24,000 bases of DNA from positions 50,304 through 74,303 of the forward strand of contig NZ_JABSQR010000026.1 of the NCBI RefSeq assembly GCF_013215705.1, given 5' to 3'. This document shows, in pieces, positions 18,677 through 24,000 of this stretch. A model generated the notes under the pieces. That model searched no databases and had not been told where the DNA came from. It saw only the letters and a list, made by a program, of their open reading frames with translations. Position numbers and translations under genes: made by a program. How positions within the stretch are numbered: the stretch's first letter is position 1; each line of letters starts with the position of its first letter. Origin of the DNA: Moritella sp. (GTDB taxonomy: Bacteria; Pseudomonadota; Gammaproteobacteria; Enterobacterales; Moritellaceae).

Positions 18677-19975
18677 TTACGATTCATTATTTAAAATACG
18701 AATATAAGCTTCTTGTTTTAATTCATTCAACCAAGCTTGGCTTTCTTCGACTGCACGACGATTATACAGTAATTGCCATGCTTTTTGGCGATTTGCTTTA
18801 TCTGTCGTATCTTGTGTACGTCTATCAATTAGTTGCACTATATGCCAACCATGGCTAGAACGAAATATCGGACTAATTTCGCCTTTCTGCAAGTCTTGCA
18901 ATGCTAACTTAAATGCGGGTACATAGATGTTTGGATCTGCCCAACCAAGCTCTCCACCTTTGATTGCTGAGCCAGTATCATCTGAATAGGCTTTAGCAAG
19001 CTCGGCAAAGTCAGCGTCGCCTGATTTAATACGCGTTAAGTATTCATTGAGTAATGATTGTGCTTTGTCATCACTTAAGATAACGGATGGTTTAATCAGA
19101 ATATGGCGTGCATTAACTTCTTTGGTCAATACTGTTTCTACACCACGCATATCGCTAACTTGAATTATATGTAAACCAGCGCCACTACGAATTGGCCCGA
19201 TAATATCGCCTTTTTTAGCATTGGTTACCGCTTCTGCAAACAATGTCGGCATTTCATTGATATTCATCCAACCCCAATCGCCGCCATCAAGCGCTTTGGG
19301 ACCCGCTGAGAGTGCTAATGCAAGATTTGAGAATGGTTCTCCCGCGTTCAGCTGCGTTTGTATATCGGCGATTTTAGTTTGTAGGGCTTCCATCGTGGCA
19401 TTATCTGCCTCGTTAGGTACGCGCAACATAATATGTTTAACACGGTATTGTCGGTTTTTCTGCCCTTGCTCATCAATGATGGCAATTAAGTTATCAACAT
19501 CTTGATCGGAAATGGTAATTCGACGACGCATTTGCATACGTTGTACTTCGTTGGTTAATATCTGGGTACGAATTTCTTCTTTGTAGTCATTAAAATTGCC
19601 ACCATCAGCAACCACACTTTGACGCAGTTGTTCTATCGTTTGGTTATTACCTTTAGCGATATTATTTAACGTATCTTCAAGCTGAGCATTGCTAATACGC
19701 ATGCCCATTTTCTTGGCCATTTGCAGCTGTAAACTATCAATAATAAGTTTATCTAATGCCTGCTGAGTAAGTACCTCGTGCGATGGTAACGTTTGGCCTG
19801 CTTTGGTTGCCCGCGCTGTTACTGATCTGGTTAATGTATTCACATCACTAGCGAGAATGACTTCTGCATTAACAATGGCAATCACTTCATCAAGTTTGGT
19901 GAGTTCGGCCTGCGCTTGCCAACTCGTTACAACTATTACTCCAGATAACAGAGTCTTAAGCATTTTTTTAATCAC
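18677..19975 (-). CDS. surA: periplasmic chaperone / peptidyl-prolyl isomerase SurA
   Basis: 432 aa. It has the signal peptide ...VVTSWQAQA, an N-terminal chaperone domain and two parvulin domains (GAGLHIIQV, SHGWHIVQL). The GTG start at 19975 has an AGGA about 9 nt upstream. ATG 19963 is an alternative start. Confidence 0.95.
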   Translation of the reverse strand: MIKKMLKTLLSGVIVVTSWQAQAELTKLDEVIAIVNAEVILASDVNTLTRSVTARATKAGQTLPSHEVLTQQALDKLIIDSLQLQMAKKMGMRISNAQLEDTLNNIAKGNNQTIEQLRQSVVADGGNFNDYKEEIRTQILTNEVQRMQMRRRITISDQDVDNLIAIIDEQGQKNRQYRVKHIMLRVPNEADNATMEALQTKIADIQTQLNAGEPFSNLALALSAGPKALDGGDWGWMNINEMPTLFAEAVTNAKKGDIIGPIRSGAGLHIIQVSDMRGVETVLTKEVNARHILIKPSVILSDDKAQSLLNEYLTRIKSGDADFAELAKAYSDDTGSAIKGGELGWADPNIYVPAFKLALQDLQKGEISPIFRSSHGWHIVQLIDRRTQDTTDKANRQKAWQLLYNRRAVEESQAWLNELKQEAYIRILNNES

Positions 19976-20159
19976 TTTATGAATTCCTATTCAATATCGA
20001 CTATAAGTGAGACAGCGGTAGGCTGAAAATTATCAATTTTTTACCACGGGAAATATGAGGATTGGCTAGTTTGCTGAAAACCGAGGTGAAAAAGTAAGCG
20101 GAAGTATACCTTGTCAGACCTTCAATGCAATCATCATGGGTTGTAAATCCCTGTTTGAT

Positions 20160-20229
20160 TAATAACGGCTAGCTTTAACTGAGTTATTTATAGCCGTTAT
20201 TATGCCCAAGTATCTTGACGTAACTTGGG
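20160..20229. other. two adjacent stem-loops in the lptD-surA spacer, function unknown
   Basis: TAATAACGGCTA (20160-20171) / TAGCCGTTATTA (20191-20202) form a 12-bp perfect stem with a 19-nt loop. CCCAAGT (20205-20211) / ACTTGGG (20223-20229) form a 7-bp stem with an 11-nt loop. Neither is followed by a T tract in either orientation. Confidence 0.4.
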
Positions 20230-20272
20230 TATCTATTCGAAATATTTATTTAAACGTGTTGATCAATCTATG

Positions 20273-22651
20273 CTATTCACGTAACTGGAATGGTTCACCG
20301 TATGAAAATAGACTTGAAGTACCGATGTTATTCATATCGTTACCAATGCCGCCAAGACCTTTTAGTTCAAACATTAATGTTGGGCCGCGATCAAAGGTTG
20401 TTTCATTGGTATTGATATTATGATTTTTTAAACGATAACCATAATCAAGGCGAATTGCCCAACAACATGATTCATATTTAATCCCCACAAAGGCATCTTG
20501 GGTTATTTTATTTTCAACATCATAATAATAACTCGCGCCCATATCCCACTGATTATTGATCGGTAAGATAAATTTGGATCCCATTTGGTTTATTCGGGAG
20601 TTAATGTTCTCATTTTTCGTTTCTAATATCGAAGACGTATCATCAATGTATCGATAGTTAAGTTGTATTTTTGGACCACTGTCAAAACGGTATTCGACAG
20701 CTGCATCAGCACGACGTACTAAGTCATCTTGAATTGCATATTCAATACTGTTATTGATGAATAAATTACGGCTTATTTTGACGTCTGCTTCCATTACGAT
20801 ACTGGATGTTGTTACGTCTTTGTTGTCTGTGTCCGGATGGTTTTCTGGTGCGATACCAATTTGGCTCTCACCAAAGTAAACGATTTGGCCAAGCGCAAAA
20901 CGAAATCGTTCACTGCCTATGTCATCAAATACACGACTGGTTAAACCAATGGTTAATTGATTGGTATCGGCAATGCGGTCTAAACCACTATAAATACGGT
21001 CGCGATATAAACCGAGGAAATCTTGCTGGATCGTTGATGAATCGTAAATACCAATGTTATCTTGATTTTTATAAGGGATATATAAATACTGTATTTGGGG
21101 CTCTAACGTTTGCGTAATGGCATTTCCAAACCAAGATGTAGGTCGTTCAAAATTTAAACCTGCATGCAATCTGGCTGTTGGTATCACGCGAAATACTTGA
21201 TCTTCCAGTTCACCTTTGTAGCCATTGGCGAAATTGCCATTATCTGACTCATTGAATGTTTGACTATAATAAGTCATCGGTAATTTAAACTCAGCAACCG
21301 CAAAACCTGCTGGACGTTTGTAAGGGAAACTAATCTGTGGTTCTATATGGGTTCGGATACCGCTGTACATATTGCTGTTAGAGTGAGAGAAATTTGTTAT
21401 CTCGCTATACACGGACAGTTCAATGGGATTATTATCAAATTGTTGGTAACCGGTAAAAGAAATTTTCGGTAATACTTTATGCGGTGTTGAATCGGAATAA
21501 TCATTTAGAATTTGAAAATCACGCACTTCAAATTGTGACGATGTCATATCCGTATTGTAAGTCAAGGCGGCGGTGCGTAGTAGCGTATTACTGTCTCTAG
21601 AGCCTGCTGAGGCATCTAGATCAGAAAAATAGTCATCATCACTTACTTGGGTGAAGTCCGCTGACAGACTTAGGTTGTCATTGAAATTACCGTCATGGCT
21701 CCAATGGTACAGACTACGATCAGAGTTGGTTTTTTTATCGTTAGCGAGGTATTCAACATTAATCTTACCACGCTGACCATCGACTAAATAACGGAATTTA
21801 GTGGTTAACTCTACGCCACGCTCTGACATGTAAGTGGGGATTATTTCCATGTCGTAGTTTGGTGCAATATTCCAATAAATTGGTTGCGAAAAGGTGATAC
21901 CATTTTCTAATGAATTTTCAAATGACGGGAATAATAAACCCGTTCTACGTTTATCTGTAGTTGGATAAGTAAAATAGGGCATATAAAAAATAGGTACGTC
22001 TTTAAAGTACAAGGTTGCGTTATAAGCCTCGGCGGATTCATCAATATTGTCAATGTTGATCGATGATGCACGCAATACCCAGCTATTATCGCCAAAGGGA
22101 CATTCAGTATAAGTAGAACGTTGCATTAAAATATTATCGCCACTATTGGTAATATAGACCTTTTTAGCTTCACCATTCGCCGCTTGACCGTGCAGTAGGT
22201 AATTGACATGTGTTAGCTCAGCATCTTTGGTATCTAAATTCGCTTTTAATGTTTTGCCTTTGATTGTCGATATACTGTCTTCTAATATAACGTTGCCTTC
22301 AGCCGTTAGAATATTAGTGAGTTGATAGAGAATAATTTCATCAGCAGATAGTATTCTATTACCTTGAGTAAAGTTCACATCACCTTGAAAAATGGCTTTG
22401 CTACCTTGGGTCACTTTAGCACTGTTTGATAATAGCTGGATCTGGTTATTTGCTTGGCTATCTGCAATCGGTGGTTTTATAGCGGGTACATAAGGGTAGC
22501 ACTGTTTAAAAAGTGTTAACTCCGCTAATTCAGACGTAAAAATAGAATCGTCAATGGTTCTTGATGTACCATCTTCGTTAGTGATAATGGTGGCTGCGCT
22601 AGCTGAGAATACGACACCGCTGAGTGTTGATAATAAGGTGAAAAGGCGCAT
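20273..22651 (-). CDS. lptD: LPS-assembly outer-membrane protein LptD
   Basis: The ORF is open to 22708, but its first 19 codons are AT-rich and non-signal-like. ATG 22651 gives MRLFTLLSTLSGVVFSASAA, a typical signal peptide, and 792 aa against about 784 in E. coli. ATG 22672 is also possible. LptD-type Cys positions are conserved (FKQCYP, YTECPFG, YESCCW). Its position upstream of surA is conserved. Confidence 0.93.
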   Translation of the reverse strand: MRLFTLLSTLSGVVFSASAATIITNEDGTSRTIDDSIFTSELAELTLFKQCYPYVPAIKPPIADSQANNQIQLLSNSAKVTQGSKAIFQGDVNFTQGNRILSADEIILYQLTNILTAEGNVILEDSISTIKGKTLKANLDTKDAELTHVNYLLHGQAANGEAKKVYITNSGDNILMQRSTYTECPFGDNSWVLRASSINIDNIDESAEAYNATLYFKDVPIFYMPYFTYPTTDKRRTGLLFPSFENSLENGITFSQPIYWNIAPNYDMEIIPTYMSERGVELTTKFRYLVDGQRGKINVEYLANDKKTNSDRSLYHWSHDGNFNDNLSLSADFTQVSDDDYFSDLDASAGSRDSNTLLRTAALTYNTDMTSSQFEVRDFQILNDYSDSTPHKVLPKISFTGYQQFDNNPIELSVYSEITNFSHSNSNMYSGIRTHIEPQISFPYKRPAGFAVAEFKLPMTYYSQTFNESDNGNFANGYKGELEDQVFRVIPTARLHAGLNFERPTSWFGNAITQTLEPQIQYLYIPYKNQDNIGIYDSSTIQQDFLGLYRDRIYSGLDRIADTNQLTIGLTSRVFDDIGSERFRFALGQIVYFGESQIGIAPENHPDTDNKDVTTSSIVMEADVKISRNLFINNSIEYAIQDDLVRRADAAVEYRFDSGPKIQLNYRYIDDTSSILETKNENINSRINQMGSKFILPINNQWDMGASYYYDVENKITQDAFVGIKYESCCWAIRLDYGYRLKNHNINTNETTFDRGPTLMFELKGLGGIGNDMNNIGTSSLFSYGEPFQLRE

Positions 22652-22862
22652 TTTAACAATCCATTTTGTCATCGATAATTTCATTAAAATTAAAAAATAG
22701 TTGAACATAATAATGCATATTACAGCGATAGACCATTTAATGACTGGTTTTATCCCGTAAACCTGTAAAAAGATGATGAGATTGATTGATTTGTTACATT
22801 TTAAACAGCCATAATACGATTCTTATATAAATATATGTCATTTTTGCTTGGTAGCTACTGTT

Positions 22863-23654
22863 ATGAATATGTTGTTTTACATTTTATTATTCGCCATTGG
22901 TATGAAATTTGGTGGGTTTTTTGGGGCGGTTTTCATGGTCTGGGTTGGCTCGATATTAAAGCGCCAATTTGGTCCTCGACTCGGTATTGATACTCGGCCT
23001 GCCGCACATAAGCGTCAGGATATTTTCTTGCACACGTCATTTTCGGTGATGGGGCACATGGCAAAAGCGGACGGTCATGTGACCGCTGTAGATATTCATG
23101 TGGCGACGCAATTAATGGACCGGATGAAACTGACGGGTGAAACTCGTCGTGCAGCACAGGCGTCATTTAGCCAAGGAAAAGAAGCTGATTTTCCGTTAGA
23201 GCAAACTGTGCGCGATTTTCGTCGTGTGAGTGTGTTGCGCCGTGATCTGGTTAAAATGTTCTTGGAAATACAAATTCAGGCCGCGTTTGCTGATCACGAA
23301 TTATCAAATTCTGAGCGTGATATTCTTCATCGTATCGGTGCGATCTTAGGGGTGAACAGCCAAGATATGGACAATTTATTGCAGATGATGGAAGCTGAGA
23401 TTCGCTCTCACCGTCATGGCAGTAAAGTCAGTCGTGAAGAAGCATTAACTAATGCTTATCAACAGCTTGGTGTAAGTGAGAGTGATGATGATAAAACCAT
23501 TAAACGTGCTTATCGTAAATTAATGAATGAACACCATCCAGATAAGTTAGTATCAAAAGGTTTACCAGAAGAAATGATGATTATTGCTAAAGAAAAAGCC
23601 CAAGATATTCAAGGTGCTTATGACGTAGTAAAAGAATCGAGAAAAATGCGTTAA
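22863..23654 (+). CDS. djlA: co-chaperone DjlA (membrane-anchored J-domain protein)
   Basis: An N-terminal TM segment, the central repeat region FLEIQIQAAFAD (identical to E. coli DjlA) and a C-terminal J domain KRAYRKLMNEHHPDKL are present. The tracked ORF begins at TTG 22848. I prefer ATG 22863 by length comparison with E. coli, though the start is uncertain. The gene is divergent from lptD as in E. coli. Confidence 0.92.
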   Translation: MNMLFYILLFAIGMKFGGFFGAVFMVWVGSILKRQFGPRLGIDTRPAAHKRQDIFLHTSFSVMGHMAKADGHVTAVDIHVATQLMDRMKLTGETRRAAQASFSQGKEADFPLEQTVRDFRRVSVLRRDLVKMFLEIQIQAAFADHELSNSERDILHRIGAILGVNSQDMDNLLQMMEAEIRSHRHGSKVSREEALTNAYQQLGVSESDDDKTIKRAYRKLMNEHHPDKLVSKGLPEEMMIIAKEKAQDIQGAYDVVKESRKMR

Positions 23655-24000
23655 TACCAGCCTAGTTTGACCAACCAGCCATAAATCATTTGGCTGGTTG
23701 CAATCTGAGTTTCGACTTGCCCCGGTAAGCCAATCACTTCTATTTGTCTATAGTTTTCCTTGTTAATACGCTTTGCTGCGATACGCCTTTTTTCTGCTTC
23801 ATCAATAACCGCTAAACTATCTGTCTGCGTATATAAATCTAATATCGGCGCGTTGAGTTGGTGCATTTGACTTATGAACTGTTTGGCTAACTCAGACGTT
23901 GGACTATGGGCGCTGAGTAATACAATCGCATCGACATAAATATCCGAGTTATTCACGAGTATATTTATGATCGCTGGGCAGTTAGCGCCTTGTAAAATAA
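23651..24000 (-). CDS. C-terminal part of a DUF3530-like (alpha/beta-hydrolase-fold) hypothetical protein, with its 5' end beyond the window
   Basis: The frame stays open upstream of the tracked GTG at 23956 to the window edge (...ILQGANCPAIINIL-VNNSDIYVDAIVLLSAHSP...). The C-terminal pattern PILDLY...D...EAEKRRIAAKR...YRQIEV...GWL resembles DUF3530 family C termini from memory. The functional call is tentative. Confidence 0.5.
   Translation of the reverse strand, partial: ILQGANCPAIINILVNNSDIYVDAIVLLSAHSPTSELAKQFISQMHQLNAPILDLYTQTDSLAVIDEAEKRRIAAKRINKENYRQIEVIGLPGQVETQIATSQMIYGWLVKLGWY

Noticed and set aside
22709-22847. Search for a sigma-E type promoter (GGAACTT-N16-TCAAA-like) upstream of lptD, and for sigma-70 hexamers for djlA.
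   Set aside because: Only weak partial matches were found, for example GTAACAA...TCTTT on the minus strand. None is good enough to annotate without TSS data.
1-24000. A window-wide look for CRISPR arrays, tRNA/rRNA genes, toxin-antitoxin pairs, defence-system signatures, inteins or frameshifted pseudogenes.
   Set aside because: No regularly spaced repeats or cloverleaf-like or rRNA-like segments were noticed. Every ORF above about 150 aa has a confident housekeeping or transport assignment with a length matching known orthologues. I therefore do not claim a novel system here.

Overview
This window reads as a conserved gammaproteobacterial housekeeping region, about 40% G+C by eye, with protein similarities that suggest a marine Alteromonadales/Vibrionales-like host (inference only). 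I found no convincing novel or undescribed system.

Two classical E. coli-type syntenic blocks are present. The first is lpxB(partial)-rnhB-dnaE-accA-tilS on the + strand. The second is folA(+) followed by apaH-apaG-rsmA-pdxA-surA-lptD on the - strand, then djlA(+).

Three small accessory modules lie between or inside these blocks:
- A heme-utilisation module with divergent hutXZ and hutBCD.
- A split ThrE-family exporter pair (yjjP/yjjB) packed directly upstream of folA.
- An orphan Na+/proline symporter gene (putP) between folA and apaH.

The 3' end of the window holds the C-terminal part of a DUF3530-like protein gene that runs off the edge.

I saw no tRNA, rRNA, CRISPR array, IS element, integrase or phage gene. 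Every long ORF has a confident housekeeping or transport assignment.

The observations worth a second look are all modest:
- Repeat-rich operator architecture in the hut divergent promoter.
- An in-frame (GATACT)4 microsatellite in essential tilS.
- An ApaG that has lost the family's conserved glycine-rich loop.
- An unusually long, hairpin-bearing lptD-surA spacer.
- Five same-strand copies of the E. coli Chi octamer with none on the other strand.
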